Assembly (NCBI GenBank): GCA_036377675.1
Contig: DASUXY010000026.1
Span: 5,444 to 69,443, forward strand
DNA length: 64,000 bases
Reading direction: 5' to 3'
Origin: Bacillota bacterium
GTDB lineage: Bacteria > Bacillota > Bacilli > Bacillales > Amphibacillaceae
Both the position numbers and the translations under genes were made by a program. Of this stretch, positions 9,604-19,095 are shown piece by piece (the stretch's first letter is position 1; every line of letters begins with the position of its first letter). The notes under the pieces were generated by a model. That model saw nothing but the letters and a program-made list of their open reading frames with translations. It did no database searches and was not told the origin of the DNA.

Positions 9604-10365
9604 TTAACGTCGTTTCTGTTTCAACTTCGGACTTGAAGCAAACCAACCAACGAGTGCAATACCGATTAAAACGACGTAAAATGTTATTTTCCAACCTGTT
9701 GATTGTGGGAAACTTTGTGGAATGATCGCCACATCCTCATGTGCCAATGTAATAATCGCTAATTTAATCCCTACCCATCCAACAATCACAAAAGCAGCAA
9801 CTTCTAAACTGGGCCGTTTATGTAGCAACCCTACGAAAACATTCGCTGCAAAACGCATTAAAATGACGCCAATCATTCCACCTGCAAATACAACGATAAA
9901 TTGACCAGTATCGAGACTACCAATTTGTCCCAACCCTGTTGGTGGTAAGGCAACAGCTAAAGCGACTGCCGCTAAGATGGAATCAACAGCAAATGCCAAA
10001 TCAGCAATTTCCACTTTCAATACCGTCATCCAAAAACCGCTACGATTTCCTTTCACTTTTACATCGGCTTTAGGAGAAGGAGAAAATTTACTATATAAAC
10101 TTTTAATCGAGATGAACAATAAATACGCGGCCCCAATCGCTTGTAATTGCCAGACGTCCACTAAAAACGAGATGATGAATAATGAACCAAACCGTAAAAC
10201 GAACGCTCCTACCAATCCATAAAATAGTGCTTTCCGACGCTCTTTCTCTGGTAAATGTTTCACCATAATGGCTAAAACGAGCGCATTATCTGCCGCTAAA
10301 AGACCTTCTAGCCCAATTAAAATGAACAACACCCATACGTACTCAAACAATAATTGCATGTCCAT
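9604..10365 (-). CDS. ykoY: TerC-family membrane protein (YkoY/MeeY-like, Mn2+ export-related)
   Basis: ...LEGLLAADNALVLAIMVKHLP...RKALFYGL... is the TerC signature. A yybP-ykoY riboswitch precedes it. AAGGAGAG sits 8 nt before the ATG. Confidence 0.85.
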   Translation of the reverse strand: MDMQLLFEYVWVLFILIGLEGLLAADNALVLAIMVKHLPEKERRKALFYGLVGAFVLRFGSLFIISFLVDVWQLQAIGAAYLLFISIKSLYSKFSPSPKADVKVKGNRSGFWMTVLKVEIADLAFAVDSILAAVALAVALPPTGLGQIGSLDTGQFIVVFAGGMIGVILMRFAANVFVGLLHKRPSLEVAAFVIVGWVGIKLAIITLAHEDVAIIPQSFPQSTGWKITFYVVLIGIALVGWFASSPKLKQKRR

Positions 10366-10499
10366 TTCTGTTTCTCTCCTTAATCAAATTCAAATCCGAC
10401 TGCAAAAAAAGAGAGGTAATGTTAAGCGATGTACTGTTTTCTCGTAACAGATTTATACATCCCCATAAAAAAATGATCCTCACCTATAGGCAAGAATCA

Positions 10500-10620
10500 T
10501 TTAAAAAAGACCCTTACCCATCTACGGTAAAGGTCTCGCTAACAACAAATGTTGCCAACTTAAGCCGGAGAAGTTACTCTCGTATTGACGACTTAGGTTG
10601 TCTAGCTACTCCCCTTTATA
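10500..10620 (-). promoter_or_regulatory. yybP-ykoY (Mn2+) riboswitch with intrinsic terminator
   Basis: The minus strand reads AAAGGGGAGUAGCUAGACAACC...GGCAACAUUUGUUGUUAGCGAGACCUUU, which holds the conserved core of the motif. It is followed by GACCUUUACC-guagau-GGGUAAGGGUC + UUUUUU. The 5' arm of that terminator overlaps the 3' side of P1. Confidence 0.85.
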
Positions 10621-10637
10621 CATTTATTCATACTTGT

Positions 10638-10667
10638 ATTAAAGCATTCTTTGATGAAAAGTGTCAA
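10638..10667 (-). promoter_or_regulatory. Sigma-A-type promoter candidate for the Mn2+ riboswitch/TerC transcript
   Basis: The minus strand reads TTGACA-N18-TTTAAT, about 20 nt upstream of the riboswitch core. Confidence 0.45.
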
Positions 10668-10895
10668 CTATTTAAACATACCTTTACCTCGATTACTATT
10701 AAGTTACCCATTTATGAACGGATTCATACATCTATTTAACCCTCTAAATCATAGGGTTTAAGAAGGATTACTTCTGCCAAAACTAGATAAAGAAGCAATT
10801 CATAGCAACACACTAGAGATTTTTTACATATTTTTAGTCCTACTTTCTATTTCACTCATAAACAATTAAAATAGAACATATCATTTAGATAGGTT

Positions 10896-11990
10896 GTGAT
10901 TGTAATGACGAACAAACGGTGGTTTCAAGTGCTCGTTTTTTTTATTTTAGTATTTCTATTAATCTTTCTCATCGCGAAGACTAATTTTATTTTTGATCCA
11001 TTGCTTAAATATATAGGAGCTGTCGCCATACCAATCATCGGCGCAGGCATTTTATACTATGTGACGAAACCATTAATGATCTTCTTTGAAACACGCTTCA
11101 AGATGAACAGGACAATTTCAATCATTCTCGTTTTTCTCGTATTAATCATCATCGGTTCTCTCGTCTCAACCTATATCGCACCGATTGCTCAAACACAATT
11201 TTCTAATCTCGTCGACAATATTCCAAAAATGGTTGATTGGGCTCAACAAATGATTGCGTATTGGCAAGCGAACCAAACGATTATTCCTGATGAAGTGAAC
11301 CATACAATTAATAATTTTACCGAAAATATGCAAACACATTTGGAAAATGTATTCAATTATTTATTTGGCTTTCTCGGACAGCTTATTAGCTTTATTGCAG
11401 CACTCGTCCTCGTTCCATTCTTTTTATTTTTCATGTTAAAAGACGGTGAAAAACTCGTCCCCTTTATTACACAAATTTTCAGCAAAAGGAAGGCCGACAA
11501 TATACGTAGCCTCTTATACAAAATTGATGACACGTTAGCTTCATTCATTCAAGGACAACTCATTGTAAGTTTTTTTCTAGGAATTTTGCTGTTTATAGGT
11601 TATTTACTCATCGGTTTAAAATATTCGCTAACGTTAGCTCTCTTCGGAATGGTGATGAATGTTGTCCCGTTTATTGGACCTTTTATCGCTGTCATTCCTG
11701 CTTTAATTGTCGGTGCTATTGAGGATTGGAAAATGGTTGTTTGGGTCTCGCTTATTACGATTATTGCGCAACAACTTGAAAGTAACTTCATTTCACCAAA
11801 TGTTATGGGGCGCAAACTAGCGATTCACCCATTAACGATTATCACCGTTATACTAGCTGCTGGAAGCATTGCAGGATTTTTAGGTATTTTATTTGCGGTT
11901 CCTTTTTATGCTGTTATTCGTACGATCATCGTCCATATCTATCAAACGTATCGACAATCAAAGCAACATGAGGAGGACGCCTTAATTTGA
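10896..11990 (+). CDS. AI-2E family transporter (PerM/YtvI-like)
   Basis: The protein has about 8 TM segments. ...VPFFLFFMLKDGEKL... and ...NVVPFIGPFIAVIPA... are typical AI-2E motifs. The start could be GTG 10896 or ATG 10905. Confidence 0.8.
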   Translation: MIVMTNKRWFQVLVFFILVFLLIFLIAKTNFIFDPLLKYIGAVAIPIIGAGILYYVTKPLMIFFETRFKMNRTISIILVFLVLIIIGSLVSTYIAPIAQTQFSNLVDNIPKMVDWAQQMIAYWQANQTIIPDEVNHTINNFTENMQTHLENVFNYLFGFLGQLISFIAALVLVPFFLFFMLKDGEKLVPFITQIFSKRKADNIRSLLYKIDDTLASFIQGQLIVSFFLGILLFIGYLLIGLKYSLTLALFGMVMNVVPFIGPFIAVIPALIVGAIEDWKMVVWVSLITIIAQQLESNFISPNVMGRKLAIHPLTIITVILAAGSIAGFLGILFAVPFYAVIRTIIVHIYQTYRQSKQHEEDALI

Positions 11991-12036
11991 AATAAATCTA
12001 TCTTCGGTTAAACTAGACATAGGGGAGTGAGAGATC

Positions 12037-12213
12037 ATGAAAAAGAAAGAATTAGAAGGCCAACTGGCCGAATTAAAATCAGACTATGTTCGCATCCAAA
12101 GCGATATGGATAAATTGGAATTCGTCGGGGGAAGAGTCTCTTCAGCTGAACAACAATTAATCCGCCTCGAAAAAGAAATTGCTGACATACGTGAAAAAAT
12201 TGACGCATCTTAA
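12037..12213 (+). CDS. 58-aa coiled-coil small protein (resembles the SE1832-type family; below the ORF-track cutoff)
   Basis: AGGGGAG lies about 9 nt before the ATG. The translation is MKKKELEGQLAELKSDYVRIQSDMDKLEFVGGRVSSAEQQLIRLEKEIADIREKIDAS, followed directly by a terminator. The opposite-strand ORF 12035..12229 has no SD. Confidence 0.55.
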   Translation: MKKKELEGQLAELKSDYVRIQSDMDKLEFVGGRVSSAEQQLIRLEKEIADIREKIDAS

Positions 12214-12241
12214 GATATATAAACATCAAAACTACTAAAAT

Positions 12242-12265
12242 AGCACCGTCGATGGCGGTGCTTTT
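12242..12265 (+). terminator. Terminator after the 58-aa ORF
   Basis: AGCACCG-tcgatg-GCGGTGCT + TTTTA. Confidence 0.6.
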
Positions 12266-12333
12266 ATGATGGAAAAAAATCTTAATTAAACGTGCACGAA
12301 CGCGTTGCCTCAGTGGACAGCAATCTTAACATG

Positions 12334-12363
12334 TTGTACGATATTTACGTTATCTAGTACAAT
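12334..12363 (+). promoter_or_regulatory. Sigma-A-type promoter candidate for preQ1 riboswitch-queT
   Basis: TTGTAC-N18-TACAAT, about 30 nt upstream of the riboswitch. Confidence 0.45.
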
Positions 12364-12391
12364 CGTTTTAAAGAACTGCTCTAGCACAAAC

Positions 12392-12428
12392 CGTGGTTCG
12401 CAAACCTCCCACGCTAAAAAACTAAGGA
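12392..12428 (+). promoter_or_regulatory. preQ1-I riboswitch (translational; the A-rich tail runs into the SD)
   Basis: CGUGG-UUCGCAAACCUC-CCACG-CUAAAAAACUAAGGAG. Compare B. subtilis queC: AGAGG-UUCUAGCUACAC-CCUCU-AUAAAAAACUAAGG. Confidence 0.8.
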
Positions 12429-12439
12429 GTGAATGAAAA

Positions 12440-12925
12440 ATGAAATTGAAAACGCTTGTAGCCAATGGGCTGCTGGCTTCTCTATATATTGCCGTCTCAC
12501 TGACGATTCAGCCGATTGCCTTTTCAAATATCCAATTCAGACTGCCCGAAATGTTCAATCATCTCGTCGTCTTTAATAAAAAATATGTTTATGGAATTAT
12601 TTTAGGTGTTTTCATTACAAATCTATTCTCCCCTCTAGGAATGTATGATTTAGTCTTCGGTGTCGCGCACTCAGCGATTTCGTTAGGCATGATTATGATA
12701 TTAGCTACCGTGTTTAAAAATGTATGGACGTTACTCGTTGTGAACACATTGATCTTTACCTTTAATATGTTTATCATCGCTTTTGAACTAAATCTCGCTT
12801 TTAAAATTCCATTTTGGCTTGGATGGCTCACAACGGCCGCTGGAGAACTCGTTGTTATGGCTGTCGGTATACCGATTATGTACGCACTAAATAAAAAACT
12901 GAATTTTGCTGAACTCATTCGATGA
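12440..12925 (+). CDS. queT: Queuosine-precursor transporter QueT
   Basis: The 161-aa membrane protein reads MKLKTLVANGLLASLYIAVSLTIQPIAFSNIQFRLPEMFNHL..., typical of QueT. A preQ1 riboswitch immediately upstream is the well-known arrangement. Confidence 0.85.
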   Translation: MKLKTLVANGLLASLYIAVSLTIQPIAFSNIQFRLPEMFNHLVVFNKKYVYGIILGVFITNLFSPLGMYDLVFGVAHSAISLGMIMILATVFKNVWTLLVVNTLIFTFNMFIIAFELNLAFKIPFWLGWLTTAAGELVVMAVGIPIMYALNKKLNFAELIR

Positions 12926-12969
12926 AAGTTGGCTTGAGATGTGAAACAGGAGTAAAGTCATAGGCGACC

Positions 12970-14847
12970 TTACTTCTGTTTCGAACGTTTTTTCCCATTG
13001 TTTTTTCCGTTATTACGCTGGTCTTCTAATTTCGCTTGTATTTTTGCTTGCTCTTTAATCGGTGGTGTTAAACTTACGACCGTAGCGCCTGCTGTTGGAG
13101 ACGTCCGCATGTCGTCTGAATAAAACTTAATTTCTCCAGACGGCTTAATCCAGTATAAAAATACCGTTGAGTGATCTTTTTCTTTTACGTATTGTTTATA
13201 CGGAAACTGATTCGTAATCAATGTCTGACGAAAGACGTAACCTTCACGTAGTTTCCTATTTAAATCATCCAATGTAACGTGTTGATCGAATAGGACTCTT
13301 CCTCCTACTTGCGAAACGGTCTCATTCGGACTGACAGCATAAGGATCATATTGAGAGATTTTAAAAACATTCACCCGATCATACTCCGGAATAAATGTCG
13401 TACAAACGAGCGAGTTATATGAATGATTATCCGAGATCGCTAACATATACTCATACGGAATCGTATCCAAATTATATTCCGTCTGTTCGGACAACATATC
13501 CCCATGATAAAAAGGAACTCCCGCTTCTCGGGCGATACGCAGTCTCTTCCAGGAAGAATCGACGATAATGACTGGAACATTCACTTTTTCTAATGATTGC
13601 GCTAGGCGAACCGTAAATGGATTACTACCGACGATTAAGACACCCGGACGCCCTTCTAAAGATAAGTTTAATTTCCTCGCGACCCAACGAATTGAAAAGC
13701 CGTGGGCAATAACTGTGAAAAACACGAGCCCAAACGTTAACGTCGTTAAAATGTTCGCATCTTGATAACCAGCATCTTCCAAGATACCTGCAAAATAACT
13801 AGAAACGGTTAACGCGACAATTCCTCGCGGGGCGATCCATCCGACTAAAAGTTTTTCATTCAAAGATAAATTCGTTCCAATCGTTGATAAAAAGATAGAT
13901 AACGGTCGAACAGCAAACATCATTAAGAACACATAACCGAGAATGTTCGGACTGAAAATTTGCAACAACGTCTCCGCTTTTAACGAAGCTGTTAACATGA
14001 TAAAGATTGCCGAAATGAGCAAAATAGAAATATTTTCTTTAAAGTGGCGCATATCTGCAACAGAACTAATCCCAATATTCGCCAAGGTAAGCCCCATCGC
14101 CGTCACGGAAAGAAGTCCGGTTTCATGCATAATTTCATCGGCAACTGTAAAGCACATAATGACGACAATAAATACCGTTGGTGACTTTAAAAATTCAGGA
14201 ATGTGTCCTTCCTCAAAGACCCAACCAATACCGCGACCACAAAGCCAGCCAAAAACTGCTGCAAAAATTGAAGCCGCGAAGAACATAAATAATTGTGTGC
14301 CGTCAGGATCGTGTGCCGTTAAAAATGAAATAATTTCAAACGCAAACACAGCTAATAACGCACCGATCGGATCAACGATAATCCCTTCCCATTTCAATAT
14401 TTTGGCAGGTCTCGGTTTTAGTTTCGATTGTCGCAATAATGGCAAAATAACAGTCGGACCTGTAACGATGAAAAGTCCACCGATGACAAACGCAACAGCC
14501 CAAGAAAGCCCGGCGACGTAATGAGCTGTTAACGATCCGAGAATCCACGCGATAAATGCACCAATCGTCGAAATCCGAAAAATCGGCCGACCGACTCCGC
14601 GTAACTCTTTGAAATTTAAACTTAAGCTCCCTTCAAATAGAATAATCGCCACAGCGACAGATATAATCGGATTATATAAATTACCAAAGTCTTCTTCAGG
14701 ATTGAGCCAGCCAAATACGGGGCCAACTAATAGCCCGGTAACAGACATGACGACAATGGCCGGCATTCGATAGCGCCAAGCAACCCATTGTGAACCGATC
14801 CCTAAAAGACCGATGAGCATAATTTCAAACAGTAATGAAGGTACCAT
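12970..14847 (-). CDS. Na+/H+ (cation:proton) antiporter, CPA1/NhaP-type, with a C-terminal cytoplasmic Rossmann-like domain
   Basis: The N-terminal part is a 12-13 TM exchanger core (...FEGSLSLNFKELR..., IAPRGIVA). The C-terminal domain begins GVLIVGSNPFTVRLAQSL. Confidence 0.85.
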   Translation of the reverse strand: MVPSLLFEIMLIGLLGIGSQWVAWRYRMPAIVVMSVTGLLVGPVFGWLNPEEDFGNLYNPIISVAVAIILFEGSLSLNFKELRGVGRPIFRISTIGAFIAWILGSLTAHYVAGLSWAVAFVIGGLFIVTGPTVILPLLRQSKLKPRPAKILKWEGIIVDPIGALLAVFAFEIISFLTAHDPDGTQLFMFFAASIFAAVFGWLCGRGIGWVFEEGHIPEFLKSPTVFIVVIMCFTVADEIMHETGLLSVTAMGLTLANIGISSVADMRHFKENISILLISAIFIMLTASLKAETLLQIFSPNILGYVFLMMFAVRPLSIFLSTIGTNLSLNEKLLVGWIAPRGIVALTVSSYFAGILEDAGYQDANILTTLTFGLVFFTVIAHGFSIRWVARKLNLSLEGRPGVLIVGSNPFTVRLAQSLEKVNVPVIIVDSSWKRLRIAREAGVPFYHGDMLSEQTEYNLDTIPYEYMLAISDNHSYNSLVCTTFIPEYDRVNVFKISQYDPYAVSPNETVSQVGGRVLFDQHVTLDDLNRKLREGYVFRQTLITNQFPYKQYVKEKDHSTVFLYWIKPSGEIKFYSDDMRTSPTAGATVVSLTPPIKEQAKIQAKLEDQRNNGKNNGKKRSKQK

Positions 14848-15314
14848 CCTCTACCCCCTGTCTCTTTATTGTTCATTTTTCTATGAAAATATGTGTAATA
14901 TTCATTATCGCTTATGGGCAACTCCCCTATCCCATCTCATTTCAAAACAAAAGGTTGTATGTCATTAATTATAGATAAAGACATTCTAAATGGGATTCAT
15001 CATAAAGTAAACTATTTTAAGCAATGTTTTTTTAAAAAAATATTTCACCTGCGAAAACCATTGATATAAATGACTTTATAGAGAGATGATTATATCTTGG
15101 GAATTATGGGATAATTGTTAAAATCATATCCGAGCTCATTCATTCCCCGAAAAATGGAATAATATGACTGTTTTCTGAACAACGTCATAGATGGAATCTT
15201 GCAATGTATGATAAAGTAAGAAGGATAAGAGAACCGATGTTTCCATAATGAGGGAACGATTTTTAACCATTTAAACGAGACGTTTTTTGTTATAAAATAC
15301 GAATGAGGAAGATT

Positions 15315-17456
15315 ATGATGAATAATGAACAACACATTTTACAAACATACTTTGGCTATGAATCATTTCGACCTGGTCAACAAGAAGTCATCGACCAAGT
15401 CATTCAGCATAAAAATACGTTAGCCGTCATGCCGACCGGTGGTGGTAAATCGCTCTGCTATCAAATCCCCGGCCTTATGCTCGATGGAATTGCGCTGATC
15501 ATTTCCCCGTTAATTTCACTTATGAAAGACCAAGTCGATGCGTTACAAGCATTGAATATACGTGCTACCTATATAAATAGTTCATTGTCTGCTGCTGAAC
15601 AGCAACAACGATTACAAGACATAAAAGCGAATGCGTACAAATTTGTTTATGTTGCACCTGAACGTTTTGAATCGGGAACATTTTTACATGCGATTCAAAC
15701 GTTGCCGATTGCCTTAATCGCTTTTGATGAAGCTCACTGCATTTCACAATGGGGACATGATTTTCGACCGAGTTATCGCTCTATTGTTCCTCGCTTAAAA
15801 AACGTAACCAACATTCCTGTTTTCGTAGCATTAACGGCAACAGCTACCGAAGCAGTTATATATGATATTCAAGCGCTCCTTCATATTGATGAAGAGAACG
15901 TTGTAAAAACAGGATTTGAACGAGATAATTTATCCTTTCACCTCGTCAAAGGGAAAGATAAACAGACGTATATCCGTTCCTTTTTAAAGAAATATCCGAA
16001 TGAATCAGGGATTATTTACACAGCTACTCGTAAACAGACCGATTCATTATACGAACAGCTCAAGCAACGCGGTGTTTCTGTCGCTAAATACCATGCCGGT
16101 TTAACAGAGGAAGAGCGCCAACAAGCACAAACAGATTTTATCCACGATGAAGTAACCGTCATAATTGCAACGAATGCTTTTGGCATGGGGATTGATAAAT
16201 CAAATGTTCGCTACGTCATTCATTATGCGATGCCGATGAATATTGAGTCATATTATCAAGAAGCTGGCAGAGCGGGGCGCGACGGAGAAGCGAGTGATTG
16301 TATTTTATTATTTTCTCCAAGGGATGTCCAATTGCAAAAGTTTCTCATTGAACAATCACTTATGGATGAAGAAGCGAAGCAAAATGAATACCGTAAATTA
16401 CAAGAAATAATCAAATATTGCCATACACACGGTTGTTTAACGGCCTTTATTTTAAATTATTTCGATGATGATCTTGATAAAAACGGCTGCGCCCGTTGCA
16501 GTAATTGCACACAGCGAAAAGAAAAAACAGATCTCACCGAAGAGGCACAAATGATTCTCTCTTGTGTGAAACGGATGGGCGAGCGATTCGGAGTTACGAT
16601 GACTGCTAAAGTATTGAGAGGTTCAAAAAATAAAAAAATACGACAGTTTAATTTACATAACCTATCCACCTACGGGATTTTATCACAACATACGGAAAGA
16701 GAACTGACGGAATGGATTAATTTTCTCATCGCCGAAAATTTACTATCCGCAAAAGAAGGGAAGTTTCCAACGTTACGTTTAAACAAAAACTCCGTCGACG
16801 TATTAAAAGGACACCGCACGGTTTGGATGTATACAGCACCGATGCCTACGAACGAATCCGCTGATTATCATGAAGGATTGTTTATGACCTTACGTGCTTT
16901 AAGAAAGCGAATGGCCGATGAACGAAATGTACCTCCTTACGTCTTGTTTACAGATGCAACATTAAAAGATCTCTGTCGTTACTTTCCCGAAACAAAAGAA
17001 GAAATGCTCGATATTAAAGGGATTGGCCAACGCAAATATGATCAGTATGGTGAAACATTTTTACACACGATCCAACAGTGGCGCCAAGAACATCCCGAAG
17101 TGAAAGCAAAAATTAACATTTCCTCATCATCTCTTCCGACACGAAAAAAACGTGACGATGATCGACCGAGTTATTTAATCAGTTACCAACTGTTTCAATC
17201 CGGTAAGCCCATTCGTGAAATAGCTGCGATTCGCGAATTATCGGAACAGACAATTGAAAATCATTTGTTCCAATCCTTTAAAAAAGGCTATCCAATTGCT
17301 TGGGACATCTTCTTTAATGAAGAAGAGGAAAAAACAGTTTTAGCAACGCGCAAACAATTCGCTGAACCGAAATTAAAACCGTTACACGATGCGTTGCCTA
17401 AGGAGTATAATTACAGAAAAATTAAAGCTGTCTGTGTAAAAAATGGTTTCATGTAA
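15315..17456 (+). CDS. recQ: ATP-dependent DNA helicase RecQ (with HRDC and an extra C-terminal HTH-like extension)
   Basis: LQTYFGYESFRPGQQEVI, MPTGGGKSLCYQIP, DEAHCISQWGHDFRPSY, the Zn-binding CxxC region, and HRDC (LFMTLRALRKRMADERNVPPYVLF...). The start is ATG 15315 or 15318, after GAGGAAG. Confidence 0.9.
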   Translation: MMNNEQHILQTYFGYESFRPGQQEVIDQVIQHKNTLAVMPTGGGKSLCYQIPGLMLDGIALIISPLISLMKDQVDALQALNIRATYINSSLSAAEQQQRLQDIKANAYKFVYVAPERFESGTFLHAIQTLPIALIAFDEAHCISQWGHDFRPSYRSIVPRLKNVTNIPVFVALTATATEAVIYDIQALLHIDEENVVKTGFERDNLSFHLVKGKDKQTYIRSFLKKYPNESGIIYTATRKQTDSLYEQLKQRGVSVAKYHAGLTEEERQQAQTDFIHDEVTVIIATNAFGMGIDKSNVRYVIHYAMPMNIESYYQEAGRAGRDGEASDCILLFSPRDVQLQKFLIEQSLMDEEAKQNEYRKLQEIIKYCHTHGCLTAFILNYFDDDLDKNGCARCSNCTQRKEKTDLTEEAQMILSCVKRMGERFGVTMTAKVLRGSKNKKIRQFNLHNLSTYGILSQHTERELTEWINFLIAENLLSAKEGKFPTLRLNKNSVDVLKGHRTVWMYTAPMPTNESADYHEGLFMTLRALRKRMADERNVPPYVLFTDATLKDLCRYFPETKEEMLDIKGIGQRKYDQYGETFLHTIQQWRQEHPEVKAKINISSSSLPTRKKRDDDRPSYLISYQLFQSGKPIREIAAIRELSEQTIENHLFQSFKKGYPIAWDIFFNEEEEKTVLATRKQFAEPKLKPLHDALPKEYNYRKIKAVCVKNGFM

Positions 17457-17490
17457 CTCTCTGTTGAGAGTAGCAAAATGGCACGAACAG

Positions 17491-17525
17491 AAAAAAGCCA
17501 TGCAAACATCGTGCATGGCTTTTTG
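17491..17525. terminator. Bidirectional terminator between recQ and the aminopeptidase gene
   Basis: AAAAAAGCCATGCA-aacatcg-TGCATGGCTTTTTG. Confidence 0.75.
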
Positions 17526-17534
17526 CATCTTTTT

Positions 17535-18782
17535 TTATTGCTTACCTTTTACATTTAAAGCCCAGGTTCCTTGACGGAAAATAGCTTCTGTCGACCCGTC
17601 CTCTATAATGCCGTCAATATCTAAGTTCTCAGAACCAATCATAAAGTCAACGTGGGTTAGACTATCGTTCACTCCGTGTTGATCAAGTTCTTCTACACTC
17701 ATTTCTGCACCACCTTCTAAATTCGTCGGATATGCTTTTCCGAGGGCAAGATGACACGAAGCATTTTCATCGAATAACGTATTGTAAAAAATTAAATTTG
17801 ACTGAGATACAGGAGATTCATGTGGAACGAGCGCCACTTCACCTAATCGACGTGCTCCTTCATCTGTGTCTAATAAATGTTTAAGTGTATCTTTACCTTG
17901 CTCCGCTTTAAAGTCGATGACCTTGCCATCTTTAAACGTTAAACTAAAATGATCGATTAAACTTCCTCCATAATTCAACGGTTTTGTACTTGATACTGTT
18001 CCATTAACACCATATTTATGTGGCAAAGTGAAAACTTCCTCTGTTGGCATATTCGGATTAAATGTAATCCCTTGTTCGGAGATCGCCGAGCCTCCTTTCC
18101 ACAAATGGCCCTCTGGTAAGTCGATTTCTAAATGAGTACCAGGTGCTTTAAAAATCAACTTTTTATACCGTTTTTCATTCAAAATATGTTGGGCCGTTTC
18201 CAATGTCGCATTATGTTCTTCCCATGCCGCGATCGGATCATCTTGATCAACACGAACAATGTTAACAATTGCCTCCCACAAGCTTGCGATCGCTTTTTCT
18301 CGAGTCTGATTAGGAAAAACTTTTTGTGCCCAGTCACCTGTTGGAATGGAAATAATCGACCACGTAATTTTATCATTCATCGTATATGTACGAAAGTTAG
18401 CCAACGCTTGAGCGGCCGCTTTATTCGCCTTAGCTACTCGTTTGGAATCAATGTCCTTTAATAAATCAGGATTCGTCGAATAGATGGACAATATAGCTGC
18501 CCCATCTTCTGCATAAAAATCATGCAATTTTACTTTCCACTCTGGATAATTTGTTAACACTTCATCGGGAGCATGTTCGTACTTTAACAAGGTCAAATCA
18601 TCATCTGTCCATTGAACGTGTACATCTTTAGCTCCCATTTCATACGCTTTTTTAACGACATACTTCGTAAAATGTGCCCCTTCGATTGGAGCGTTGATCA
18701 TAAGCGCTTGCCCTTTTTGTAAATTAACCCCTGTACGCAAAGCTAATTCAGCGTACTTTTCCATTGTTTGTTGATCGACCAT
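17535..18782 (-). CDS. ampS: Aminopeptidase, M29 family (AmpS/PepS-like)
   Basis: MVDQQTMEKYAELALRTGVNLQKGQALMINAPIEG... and the C-terminal ...HVDFMIGS... are typical of M29. GGTGGAGG precedes the ATG. Confidence 0.85.
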   Translation of the reverse strand: MVDQQTMEKYAELALRTGVNLQKGQALMINAPIEGAHFTKYVVKKAYEMGAKDVHVQWTDDDLTLLKYEHAPDEVLTNYPEWKVKLHDFYAEDGAAILSIYSTNPDLLKDIDSKRVAKANKAAAQALANFRTYTMNDKITWSIISIPTGDWAQKVFPNQTREKAIASLWEAIVNIVRVDQDDPIAAWEEHNATLETAQHILNEKRYKKLIFKAPGTHLEIDLPEGHLWKGGSAISEQGITFNPNMPTEEVFTLPHKYGVNGTVSSTKPLNYGGSLIDHFSLTFKDGKVIDFKAEQGKDTLKHLLDTDEGARRLGEVALVPHESPVSQSNLIFYNTLFDENASCHLALGKAYPTNLEGGAEMSVEELDQHGVNDSLTHVDFMIGSENLDIDGIIEDGSTEAIFRQGTWALNVKGKQ

Positions 18783-19095
18783 CTTGAAACCTCCACCTTT
18801 TTTTGATTTTTATTCATCTTTTGTTATTATTTCACAAAAACTTTCGATCCACAATGCTTCCTTCATGCGTCTCACCGATCATGAACGTAAATGTTGTTTG
18901 TTCCTAGCATCATTTACATAAAAAATGACCTATGGTAACATATGATAGGAGGTTACTTTTTGTAATTACTGTTATCGACAACTGTGTTATGCCATAAAAG
19001 AGATGTGAAAAACGTCAACAACCGACTTTACGGGATGAGTCCACATCATGGAAACATAATTTGTCGTTAAGTAAAACGAATTTGTTATAAATGAG

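Noticed and set aside
10419-10739. A 106-aa plus-strand ORF between the TerC and AI-2E genes.
   Set aside because: It overlaps the yybP-ykoY riboswitch and its promoter on the other strand, has no SD, and its translation is implausible.
13943-14521. A 192-aa plus-strand ORF antisense to the Na+/H+ antiporter gene. Similar long antisense ORFs occur at 36283-36750, 19558-20022 and 29149-29514.
   Set aside because: They lie entirely inside well-supported genes on the other strand. They have no SD, and their Ser/Pro/Thr/Asn-rich low-complexity translations are typical of shadow ORFs.
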